From a virus (lineage: Duplodnaviria > Caudoviricetes): DNA of 32,921 nt. The notes beneath the pieces were generated by a model that did not search any database, was not told the origin of the DNA, and saw only the letters and a list, made by a program, of their open reading frames with translations. The position numbers were made by a program, and so were the translations under genes. Where the stretch lies: positions 1 to 32,921 of IMG/VR virus record IMGVR_UViG_3300040735_000077; one strand, given 5' to 3'. This document shows, piece after piece, positions 18,989 to 27,334 of this stretch (position 1 is the first letter of the stretch; each line of letters begins with the position of its first letter).

Positions 18989-19090
18989 TCCAAAAATCTG
19001 TCTCATCCTTGCTCATCCTGATTTGTCAGCATACAGGGTAGTGCTTTCCTGGCTCCGGATCAATGATCACAACTGGAACAAGGAGAAAGC

Positions 19091-19516
19091 ATGACCGAAG
19101 CGTTGATGAACAGAATCAAAGCTCAGTTAGTCAGACATGAGGGTCTGCGTCTGAAGCCATACCGCTGCACAGCAGGAAAGCTGACCATCGGCATTGGCCG
19201 CAATCTCGATGACCGGGGTATCTCTCAGAAAGAAGCTTACGCCATGCTGGAACGGGATATCCATGACTGCAAGCAGCAACTTATAGATGAGATTCCCGAG
19301 ATTTACAGTAAGCTCGATGAGGTTCGCCAGTCGGTGCTGCTCAATATGTGCTTCAATCTTGGCATCAAAGGACTCCTGGGCTTCAACAATACCCTAGCTT
19401 TTATCGGTGCTGGAGACTGGGAGCGAGCAGCCAATGGCATGATGGCGTCCAAGTGGGCGAAGCAAGTGGGAATGAGAGCCATTGAGCTCTCCGAGATGAT
19501 GAGGAAGGGCAAGTGA
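19091..19516 (+). CDS. Phage lysozyme (GH24, T4-lysozyme-like endolysin)
   Basis: HEGLRLKPYRCTAGKLTIGIG (Glu-x8-Cys-x5-Thr), NMCFNLG and SKWAKQVG. Confidence 0.92.
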   Translation: MTEALMNRIKAQLVRHEGLRLKPYRCTAGKLTIGIGRNLDDRGISQKEAYAMLERDIHDCKQQLIDEIPEIYSKLDEVRQSVLLNMCFNLGIKGLLGFNNTLAFIGAGDWERAANGMMASKWAKQVGMRAIELSEMMRKGK

Positions 19517-19971
19517 TTCCTATCCCGGTCGAGACCGATGCCATGCTCGCTATTCTCAACCTTCCCAAGGAGATGTCCAACAATGGCATCTTCAAGGAGC
19601 ATCAGGGTCTGGTGCTGGAAATGATCCACTCACTGGTTTTGCAGGAGCATTTTGATCGGGCAACTCACGATGACTTACCGGAGGAGGAGCCGTTCCTGAT
19701 TTCTTTTCGTTTTGGGTTCTGTTTTCTGATGCTGCACTCCACTGCCGAGTTTCTCAATTTGAAGACCCTGGGCGAGGGAATAGTCAAGACTGTAGGTTTA
19801 GACCAGTCCGCGACCGAACTACTCACAGGGAGCGAAATTGACGCATTTAAAGCCAACCTTGAGCTAAGAGCACTGACCACTTTGAGTTCCTATCTCAATC
19901 CTGCCGGTCTGGATCGCCTGATCGAACTCAAGCCCAGACAACCTCGTGCTATTCGGGTGGGAGTGATCTGA
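19513..19971 (+). CDS. Hypothetical virion protein, possible head-tail adaptor
   Basis: Coupled at both ends (GTGA, TGATG); size and position only. Confidence 0.5.
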   Translation: MIPIPVETDAMLAILNLPKEMSNNGIFKEHQGLVLEMIHSLVLQEHFDRATHDDLPEEEPFLISFRFGFCFLMLHSTAEFLNLKTLGEGIVKTVGLDQSATELLTGSEIDAFKANLELRALTTLSSYLNPAGLDRLIELKPRQPRAIRVGVI

Positions 19972-20462
19972 TGCCAGATCGTGATCTTACTTCTCCGGAT
20001 GAGCTAATGATTGAGATCTATCGGGCTATCTATGCAGCCCTGGAGAGCCGACTGCATTTGATCGGATCTGTGATAGATGCTGATTCCCGTAAAGAGATTC
20101 TGGCACAGCAGATCTATGACAAGGGCGACTTCTATGGCAATACCGTTTATCTGCTGCAGACCACCGATACAGCCATGATCCTAAGAGTAGGTTCAAACGT
20201 GAAGCATGAGCCTTTCGTTTTGGGCGGTAAAGTGCCTTCCTGGACTCCGATCGCTCCCCTTATCGCTTGGGTCGAACGCAAGCACCTGTCTTGGACTGAT
20301 AAAGAGACAGGTAAAGCTCTGACCGTAGCCGAGATCGCCTATCTCATCCGGGGCAAGATCAAGCGGGAAGGCATCACCGCCCGTAATGTATTTGCTGAGG
20401 TTATCGCCAACCGGGAGCAGTGGGTCTATCAGCAGTTGAAAGATATCGAGGTGAGCCTGTGA
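19971..20462 (+). CDS. Putative neck/tail completion protein (HK97 gp10/Mu gpG-like)
   Basis: DKGDF..RVGSNVKHEPFV..PIAPLIAWVERK..IKREG..RNVF resembles neck-protein motifs. Confidence 0.55.
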   Translation: MPDRDLTSPDELMIEIYRAIYAALESRLHLIGSVIDADSRKEILAQQIYDKGDFYGNTVYLLQTTDTAMILRVGSNVKHEPFVLGGKVPSWTPIAPLIAWVERKHLSWTDKETGKALTVAEIAYLIRGKIKREGITARNVFAEVIANREQWVYQQLKDIEVSL

Positions 20463-20860
20463 CGGCACTTGAGAAGTACCAAACCGAACGCAGCCGCATC
20501 TCCGAGGCACTGAAACTGGCTGGAGTGGCTGAGACACTGTACAACAAGGACAACATCCCCAAGAACCTTCCCTGTGCCATCCTAATCCTCGATTCCGAGA
20601 CAGGCAAACATGGCACCTCCCGCCAGTATGTGGATACCGATATCGCCTGGACGGTCTTCCTGATCGTCAATGCACAGAATGTATCCGATCCAGACTCTGA
20701 GCTATATTCACTCAAGGAGAAGTTCCGGAGTTACTTTCAGAAGCTTATGAACCGGGACCTGCCCAGTATCGAATACTATACCAGCCGGATAGACGGCACC
20801 AGACTGGTCAGGATCGCCAAGATCGACCTGCTTAAAAGTGGCGCAGGAGCGGGCTCATGA
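20459..20860 (+). CDS. Putative tail terminator-like protein
   Basis: GTGA overlap start at 20459; LPCAILI motif, size and position. Confidence 0.45.
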   Translation: MTALEKYQTERSRISEALKLAGVAETLYNKDNIPKNLPCAILILDSETGKHGTSRQYVDTDIAWTVFLIVNAQNVSDPDSELYSLKEKFRSYFQKLMNRDLPSIEYYTSRIDGTRLVRIAKIDLLKSGAGAGS

Positions 20861-22053
20861 GAGTGATGCGTATTGGTGCCTATAACCTGGCGATCAGCTC
20901 AGCATCTGATCTTCTGGAAAGCAAATACAAGCCAGAGCCAATTGACTTATCCAAGTGTCGGCGTATTGGGACGCAGTTGATATCCAAAGCAGCCGAGACT
21001 AAGAAAGTAGTCTCGCAGCCTTATTCGATGAGCAATTTGCTCAATCTTTTGGATACCGATGAATACCACTCCGGCTGTATCGATGCCCTAACTATGGCTA
21101 CCGTCATGCAGTTTGATTGCAAGAACAGCCAGGTCAAAGAATGGATGGAAGCAGCAGAGTTCCCGGCCTGCGAAGACCAGACTACGATACTGGCAGAACT
21201 GATGAAGTTCTATCTTGCCTGCGGTAACGGCTTCCTGATAAAGATGCGTAACGCCCAAGGCCAGTGGATGGGACTGGAACGCATGCTTCCCAGTGAAGTG
21301 CAGATCGTAGAGAACTATGACGATTTTGGCTTCTTCAAGCCCAACTACATCCAGGTGAAGAATAACCAGAAGAAGGACTTCGCCTACGAGGATATCATCC
21401 ATGTAAAGAAGTCAACGCATAGATCAAACGCCTGGGGCCTGGCCTGTCTGCCCATCGCCATCAACATCGAGATTTTGGGTGAGATCAAGACCTTCGACTA
21501 TAACAACTTCAAGAATGGCCTGATGATCGACTATTTCGTGATCGTGGAAGGCGGTACCCTTAGAGACGGAACTGTTACTGATGAGCAAGGCAATGAAGTG
21601 CTAACTGACGCCTATACCGAGATCGAGAAAGCACTCACCGAGGTCAAAGGCAATGCCAAGAGCCACTCCACTGTCTTGATCGAGAGTGAAAGCCGGGACG
21701 TGAAGATACGCCTCGAACCTCTCAGGCAGCAAGACAGGGAAGGCGGCTTCCTCGGACTCAAGAAAGACCTTCGGGAAGGCATCCTCGCCTATCACAGAGT
21801 TCCTGCCAGGATAGTCTCTCAACTCATTCCTGGGCAGTTGGGTGGCGATAATAGTAGCGATATGCGGATGTTCTACCAGTTCGTGGTCAAACCGCTGCAG
21901 AATCGCCTCGCTTTGGCTCTGGCAAACGAGTTCAACTTCGACTTCGGCTGGAATGTGAAGCCGGATGACTTCAACTTCGGAGACCTTACACAAGCAATCC
22001 AGTCTGCTGATGATCAATTGTTTATGCAGAACCGCAGCTTTGGAGCGCAGTAA
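20857..22053 (+). CDS. Portal protein (PBSX XkdE/HK97-type)
   Basis: CGNGFLIKMRNAQG, DIIHVK, YNNFKNG, ILAYHRVP and FYQFVVKPLQ. Confidence 0.88.
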   Translation: MRVMRIGAYNLAISSASDLLESKYKPEPIDLSKCRRIGTQLISKAAETKKVVSQPYSMSNLLNLLDTDEYHSGCIDALTMATVMQFDCKNSQVKEWMEAAEFPACEDQTTILAELMKFYLACGNGFLIKMRNAQGQWMGLERMLPSEVQIVENYDDFGFFKPNYIQVKNNQKKDFAYEDIIHVKKSTHRSNAWGLACLPIAINIEILGEIKTFDYNNFKNGLMIDYFVIVEGGTLRDGTVTDEQGNEVLTDAYTEIEKALTEVKGNAKSHSTVLIESESRDVKIRLEPLRQQDREGGFLGLKKDLREGILAYHRVPARIVSQLIPGQLGGDNSSDMRMFYQFVVKPLQNRLALALANEFNFDFGWNVKPDDFNFGDLTQAIQSADDQLFMQNRSFGAQ

Positions 22054-22098
22054 ACTATGCACAACTACATAACTGACAATCAACAACAAGGAGGTAGC

Positions 22099-23829
22099 GT
22101 GAATCGTAAACGCACCATTCTCAAGGGAGAACTCCGCAACGTGGAAGTCGAGCTGGTCTCGCTTCTTTTCGATGAGATGACTCCCGCCAATCAGAAGGGC
22201 TTTGTGGTCAAGAACGCTTCCGGACGAAGCTTCGAACACAAGATCAACTCCACCAAGTTCAAGAGTGAAACCAGTGGCACTCAGGGACGGCTTTACGTCA
22301 CTCTGATGGAACCCAACATCCACGATTCCCAGGGTGACTATTACACCCGGGAAGAGATTCAGAAGTCCTGTGATCACTTCGCCAAGCATGGCCTGGTCGG
22401 CAAGTGCGATGTGAACCACAACATGCAACCCGTACCGGAGTTTACCGTAGTAGAGAACTACATTCTCAAGACCAGTGACAGAGAGCATTTTCCCGATGCT
22501 AAAGTTGGCTCTTGGGTGCAAGTACTCAAGTGCGAAGACCTCAACTCTGAGCTTTGGCAGAAGGTCGAGAAAGGCGAGTTCAATGGAGTCTCTATCTACG
22601 GACGAGCCGATGACTACCGCAGTGCGGAAGCGAGTCTTGCCGAGATCAAGAACGAGTTGAATTCGCTTCGTAAAGTCGCGGAGCATAACAACAACTCCGA
22701 TCTGCAGAAGGGCATCACAGCCATCACTGAGAAGATCAGTGAACTGGAGAAGGGTAATCCGAATCTCCAGCTTGGTGATGCCATCCACAGCATCGAGAAG
22801 AGCCTCAAAGACCTCTCCGTTACTATGAGCAGAGCCATCTCCAAGTCTATACCCGGAGAGCCGGACAGCAATCAGCAAACCACTGATCGTGAAGTCAGCA
22901 TCGACGGCAACAAGATCATGGTCAAGGCCAGCCACCGTGAGATCTACAAAGGCATCTCCGATGTGGACTCCGGCAAGGCCATGAACATCCTGACTGCCAA
23001 TACTACTTCGTTGTTCATCGATGAGGTGATTGGATCGCAGCCTGGTGATACCCTCTCGGATATCTCGATTCTGCCGCTGCTCAAAGACGAGAAGATCGAC
23101 GTCGGCTTGATCGATGACCTGGTTTTCAAGAACTCCCTTGATGGCGCTCTGACTGCTCAGAACGTCTCTACTGCCGACCTCTCCGTACCCACCGGGATAC
23201 TAAATGCTGAGTTCACCTTAGGTAGGGATGTGGTCGAGTTCTACAAGGATAAGTACGGTGAAGATGCCTTCGGAGCATATGTGGAGAACCACATCGCCAA
23301 GAAGACCGAGAAAGCCATCCGCTTGCTGCTCTTCAAGGGTGATCGAGCTTCCGCCACTGCCAAGATCAAGGCTCTGGATGGGGTGATCAAACTGGCAACC
23401 ACAGCTACTGACGTCACCAATCTCTCCAAGACCACCTATACCGACTGGGCGAAGCGCTTCGAAGCCGCTCTCCTGGCCTTCTCTGACGAGATGTTGGAAG
23501 AGCAGGAGAACTTCAAGTTCTACGTGGCTCATAAGGACCTGATCCGCATCCGGTCCGAACTCGCCAAGCGTGAGACCGGAGCCGGAGATCGTCTGCTGCT
23601 GGAAGGCGGTAACGTATCCTTTGCGGGTATCCCCGTAAAGCCCCGTCTCATGGATGCCGATTACATCATCGGTGGTCTGCCCAAGTTCATTATCGTCGGT
23701 TATCGCACTGATGCCGAACTCAAAGTCGAACACCACGGAAGCGATTGGAAGTATCACTGGTACATCCGTATCCGACCCGGTATCACCTACATCTCGGGCT
23801 TCGTGAAAGTGTTCAAGTTAACCACCTAA
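22099..23829 (+). CDS. Fused XkdF-like prohead protease / scaffold / major capsid protein
   Basis: XkdF-like N-terminus (EPNIHDSQGD, DVNHN, VENYI, WQKVEKGEFNGVSIYG), coiled-coil middle, capsid-like C-terminus (LLLFKGD..LDGVIKLA, FAGIPV). GTG 22099 follows AAGGAGG. Confidence 0.85.
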   Translation: MNRKRTILKGELRNVEVELVSLLFDEMTPANQKGFVVKNASGRSFEHKINSTKFKSETSGTQGRLYVTLMEPNIHDSQGDYYTREEIQKSCDHFAKHGLVGKCDVNHNMQPVPEFTVVENYILKTSDREHFPDAKVGSWVQVLKCEDLNSELWQKVEKGEFNGVSIYGRADDYRSAEASLAEIKNELNSLRKVAEHNNNSDLQKGITAITEKISELEKGNPNLQLGDAIHSIEKSLKDLSVTMSRAISKSIPGEPDSNQQTTDREVSIDGNKIMVKASHREIYKGISDVDSGKAMNILTANTTSLFIDEVIGSQPGDTLSDISILPLLKDEKIDVGLIDDLVFKNSLDGALTAQNVSTADLSVPTGILNAEFTLGRDVVEFYKDKYGEDAFGAYVENHIAKKTEKAIRLLLFKGDRASATAKIKALDGVIKLATTATDVTNLSKTTYTDWAKRFEAALLAFSDEMLEEQENFKFYVAHKDLIRIRSELAKRETGAGDRLLLEGGNVSFAGIPVKPRLMDADYIIGGLPKFIIVGYRTDAELKVEHHGSDWKYHWYIRIRPGITYISGFVKVFKLTT

Positions 23830-23848
23830 GCGAGTATAAGGAGACTCT

Positions 23849-24199
23849 ATGGACTTCATCTTCGCCAATCAGGAGTTTATCCTGGGTCTGGTCTCAGCTC
23901 TGGTAGTCTGGATCATATCCCGCACTACCGGCACGCTGATCGACAAGGCCAAGGTCAACTCGGCTCTGGCCATCATCCTGGACATCATTCAGGATATCAA
24001 GATCAACCCTGCCACCAAGGACTTGGATGACTATGCCAAGAAGCAACTGGCGGTGGAGCGGGCAACCAAAGCTCTACCTGCCAAGCAGACTAACCTGGTC
24101 ATGAAGATCTTCGGCACCATCGGGGGAGCTATTGAATACGTGTTCCACAACCGTAAATGGCTCTTCAGCATCGGCAAGGCGATCAAAGGGGTGTTCTGA
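23849..24199 (+). CDS. Putative holin (LL-H-like)
   Basis: N-terminal hydrophobic helix FILGLVSALVVWII, then AKKQLAVE pattern; AAGGAG RBS. Confidence 0.55.
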   Translation: MDFIFANQEFILGLVSALVVWIISRTTGTLIDKAKVNSALAIILDIIQDIKINPATKDLDDYAKKQLAVERATKALPAKQTNLVMKIFGTIGGAIEYVFHNRKWLFSIGKAIKGVF

Positions 24200-24744
24200 T
24201 GCCCCAGCCTATTTCGCAGCCCACCTATCCCTCCAACATGACCGAGGGTGACCTGAGCTTCAGCAAGCTCATGGATGTGTTGATTGCCGATTTCGTTTAC
24301 TTCGGGATCGGCACCTACGACCAATTATCCATAGAGACGCTGTATGCCACTCAAGCCTCGGTCAAGACGGAACTAAGTACCAACTTTGACCTACTTGGTG
24401 AACTGGCCGAGAAACCCGGTAAGACGGACTCTAAGCTGACCAAGCTCAAGACCCGCAACTATACCATCCCGGGCAAGCGCACCAGTACAGTCGAACTCAA
24501 CATATCCGGACTATCCACCAAGCAGAAGAACTTCCTGGAAAGCACCCTGTTCATGAGCAAGGATACCACCATCGTAGTGGCTTCCAAGGAACTGGATCGG
24601 GTGGTGATCTTCACCGGGCTCCGCTGGACAGTTGACTGGTCGGGAGAGGCTGATGGCCTCTTCAACGTAGTCATCTCCACCGAGTTCTCTGGAGTGACCT
24701 CCAACAAGATCTTCCTGCTCAAGGATATCCCTCCGGGAGTATAA
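24199..24744 (+). CDS. Putative major tail tube protein
   Basis: About 181 aa, Thr/Ser-rich with predicted beta character; TGATG-coupled start; lies upstream of the chaperone and tape measure genes; no sheath gene seen. Confidence 0.6.
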   Translation: MPQPISQPTYPSNMTEGDLSFSKLMDVLIADFVYFGIGTYDQLSIETLYATQASVKTELSTNFDLLGELAEKPGKTDSKLTKLKTRNYTIPGKRTSTVELNISGLSTKQKNFLESTLFMSKDTTIVVASKELDRVVIFTGLRWTVDWSGEADGLFNVVISTEFSGVTSNKIFLLKDIPPGV

Positions 24745-24787
24745 GATCACTGCTCTTCGCAATTACACTCGAAAACAAGGAACTGCT

Positions 24788-24988
24788 ATGGACTGCCAGT
24801 GCAAACCTGAGATCAAAGAGAAAATCGATTCAGTTCACGAGGAGATCTATGGCAATGGTGACAGCAACAAGTCACTGGTAACCAGAATGGCGAGAGTGGA
24901 GACGAATATGAAGATACTGCTAACCGTCTCCACCTCGCAATTCCTGCTCTTACTAGGCATTGCCCTCGAAATGTTCTTTGGTAAATAA
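24788..24988 (+). CDS. Small protein with a C-terminal TM helix (XhlA/holin-like)
   Basis: Coiled segment LVTRMARVETNMK followed by FLLLLGIALEMFF; AAGGA RBS. Confidence 0.6.
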   Translation: MDCQCKPEIKEKIDSVHEEIYGNGDSNKSLVTRMARVETNMKILLTVSTSQFLLLLGIALEMFFGK

Positions 24989-25003
24989 GAAAAGGATTAT
25001 TCT

Positions 25004-25354
25004 ATGAAGCGAGAACCTAAACTCAGCTATAGCCAACTGCGGCAAATACTCTGTCTCACGATCTCGAATGCTACCCTCAAAGCCAAGTTAGAGGACTTCC
25101 TCTCCGGCAAGGTAGCCAAGGTCAGTGAGTTGGAACTGCTTGAATTGATCAGCCAATCGGAAGCCGATAAAGAGCTGATCCGTATCATCTCAAACCAGGA
25201 CCCTGACGATATGGACGCTCTTGAAGCACTGGAGCATATCTCCGCTTTTTTCGTCTATATCAGAGCCAACAAAGAGAGGTTCGCAGGTTGGCTCGGGAGT
25301 TTCGGATTGGCGGTAACGGCGTCTCCAAATACCCCTTCGAGAGGTTCGAAATGA
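25004..25354 (+). CDS. Tail assembly chaperone (gpG-like)
   Basis: Helical acidic 116-aa ORF between the tail tube and tape measure genes, containing an in-frame slippery heptamer. Confidence 0.7.
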   Translation: MKREPKLSYSQLRQILCLTISNATLKAKLEDFLSGKVAKVSELELLELISQSEADKELIRIISNQDPDDMDALEALEHISAFFVYIRANKERFAGWLGSFGLAVTASPNTPSRGSK

Positions 25355-25455
25355 TCCTGCGTAAACTGGGCTTTACCAATGAAGATTTCAACAATATGAC
25401 TTTGCCTGAATTATACCTACGGCTCTGTATCACTGACCTGAAAGGAGATGTCTGA
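25246..25455 (+). other. Predicted -1 ribosomal frameshift site (T TTT TTC) and gpGT-like extension
   Basis: Heptamer at 25246-25252 is in X XXY YYZ phase. The -1 frame is open from just after TGA 25222-25224 to TGA 25453-25455, giving a 150-aa fusion. Confidence 0.75.
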
Positions 25456-26216
25456 TGGATGCCATCATCGGCTGGATAGGCGGTAAACGCCTTCTGAGAA
25501 AGGTTATCGCTCCCTACGTTCCCAAGGACATCAAAGGATACATCGAGCCCTTCGGTGGGGCTGCCCGGATGCTCCTCTACAAGGACAAGTGGGGTGATCT
25601 GGAAGTCTATAATGATCTGGATAACCGCTTGGTCAACCTGTTCATGCAGGTGAAGTACCATCCTGATGAGCTGATCAAGGAGTTGGACTGGTTAGTTGCC
25701 AGCCGCAAACTCTTTGGGGATATCCTCAAGCAGGAAGGTCTTACTGAGATACAGAGAGCCGCTAGGTTCATGTATCTGATCACCCGTAGTTTCGGCAGCA
25801 AGGGCGACAGCTTCGGTACCTCTCAGAAGCGTGGCACCTCCAGTATGTATAATCGTCTGGAACGCATCAAAGAACTCCACAAACGCCTGGACATGGTGAT
25901 CATCGAGAACCTCTCATATGAGCAGGTGATCGATAAGTATGACACCAAGAGCAACTTCTTCTACTGCGATCCGCCTTACATGCTCGGTTATACCTATGAG
26001 AACAGCAAGCAGTTCAGCCATGAAGATCTCTGCAAGAAGCTGAAAGGCATCAAGGGACGCTTCATCCTCAGCTATGATGACAACCCTGAAGTCCTCAAGC
26101 TTTACAAGGGCTATGATATCAAGCACGTCACACGAACTAAGGGCATCAACCGCAAGGAAGGCAAGTCCGAGTTCAATGAAGTGATCATCGCCAACTTTAA
26201 ACTGGAGGAACAATGA
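25455..26216 (+). CDS. Dam-like (D12 class) DNA adenine methyltransferase 1
   Basis: WIGGK, IEPFGGAA, EVYNDLD, IENLSY and CDPPY. Confidence 0.92.
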   Translation: MDAIIGWIGGKRLLRKVIAPYVPKDIKGYIEPFGGAARMLLYKDKWGDLEVYNDLDNRLVNLFMQVKYHPDELIKELDWLVASRKLFGDILKQEGLTEIQRAARFMYLITRSFGSKGDSFGTSQKRGTSSMYNRLERIKELHKRLDMVIIENLSYEQVIDKYDTKSNFFYCDPPYMLGYTYENSKQFSHEDLCKKLKGIKGRFILSYDDNPEVLKLYKGYDIKHVTRTKGINRKEGKSEFNEVIIANFKLEEQ

Positions 26217-26989
26217 ACAGTATTATCTCCTGGGTAGGCGGCAAGCGTATCCTCCGCAAGAAGATATTGCCGCTCATCCCCAAACATGATATCTACTGTG
26301 AAGTCTTTGGTGGAGCTGCCTGGATACTATTCGGTAAATCAGCCAACAAGGAAGACTGGCAGTTGTCCAAGAAGAGCCGCTACACTGAGGTCTATAACGA
26401 TATCAATGGCGATCTGGTCAACTTCTGGAAGTACATCAAGAACCACCCGGAAGCCTTCGTAACCGAGTTAAACAACTATCTGATCGCCAGGGAGATGTTC
26501 GATAACTTCATGAAGCATGAGCCCAGAACCGAGTTGGAAAGAGCGATCAAGTTCTACTACAACCTTGCCTGCAGCTATGGCTCACGATCCAAGAACTTTT
26601 GCGTCAATCAGGGCTACAAGTACATGCCCCTGAGGAATCTGGATAAGGTCAAAGAAGCCTCGGAACGCCTCCGGCATGTGATCATCGAAAAGCAGCCCTG
26701 GGAGAAGATCGTAGCCCGGTTCGACCAGCCTCATACCTTCTTCTATCTGGACCCTCCCTACTACACCAAGGAACACATCTACGAACGTGAGGACGCGGAC
26801 GCTTTCAACCAGCATGAAGAGCTGGCAGAAGCCTTGAAACAGATCAAGGGCAAGTTCCTGCTATCCTACAACAATGATCCTTACATCAAGCAGTTATACG
26901 ATGGCTGCGTCATTGAAGAAGTCGAGACGCAGTACTCTGTATCTGGTGCGTTCCAGACGGAGACTGAGTTACTGATTAGGAATTATTGA
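26213..26989 (+). CDS. Dam-like (D12 class) DNA adenine methyltransferase 2
   Basis: WVGGK, EVFGGAAW, EVYNDING and LDPPY; ATGA overlap with MTase 1. Confidence 0.92.
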   Translation: MNSIISWVGGKRILRKKILPLIPKHDIYCEVFGGAAWILFGKSANKEDWQLSKKSRYTEVYNDINGDLVNFWKYIKNHPEAFVTELNNYLIAREMFDNFMKHEPRTELERAIKFYYNLACSYGSRSKNFCVNQGYKYMPLRNLDKVKEASERLRHVIIEKQPWEKIVARFDQPHTFFYLDPPYYTKEHIYEREDADAFNQHEELAEALKQIKGKFLLSYNNDPYIKQLYDGCVIEEVETQYSVSGAFQTETELLIRNY

Positions 26990-26998
26990 TGTGTGTGA

Positions 26999-27268
26999 TT
27001 ATGTCTTATATACTTTTGTTGCTGGTTTTCTACATGCATTATGATCAGAACAACATCCACAAATTCCGCATTTGGAACAACACAATACTTCCTTTTTGCC
27101 ACAACTACCACAAGTTGAAGGTTGTGGTTCATGCATCACTACACCAGAATAATACTCGCAATCTGCGTGATCAGAACATTTGCTGCATAGTCCACATCTG
27201 GTGCAACATAAAACGCTTTCTGCATCACATTTGCAGCAAGTTGCCACTATTGGTTTTACCATTGCCAT
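26999..27268 (-). CDS. Cys-rich two-repeat putative metal-binding protein (18 Cys in 89 aa), moron
   Basis: Two copies of TCxxCxxxxVLCCxxCGxCxxCSDHxxC; AAGGAG RBS and its own promoter upstream. Confidence 0.8.
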   Translation of the reverse strand: MAMVKPIVATCCKCDAESVLCCTRCGLCSKCSDHADCEYYSGVVMHEPQPSTCGSCGKKEVLCCSKCGICGCCSDHNACRKPATKVYKT

Positions 27269-27298
27269 TAGACACTCCTTTATTTATCAGTAGATTGC

Positions 27299-27327
27299 AG
27301 AATATAAAAGCACTACCAAATAGTCAA
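27299..27327 (-). promoter_or_regulatory. Sigma70-type promoter of the Cys-rich moron
   Basis: On the - strand: TTGACT (27327-27322), 17 nt spacer, TATTCT (27304-27299). Confidence 0.7.
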
Positions 27328-27334
27328 TAAAAAA

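Noticed and set aside
21601-22935. 444-aa minus-strand ORF
   Set aside because: It is antisense to the portal and protease-capsid genes and has no recognisable motifs; a typical shadow ORF from codon bias.
26986-27330. 114-aa plus-strand ORF between MTase 2 and tape measure
   Set aside because: It is antisense to the Cys-rich gene, which has the RBS, promoter and internal repeat. Low-level translation from the TGATG cannot be excluded.
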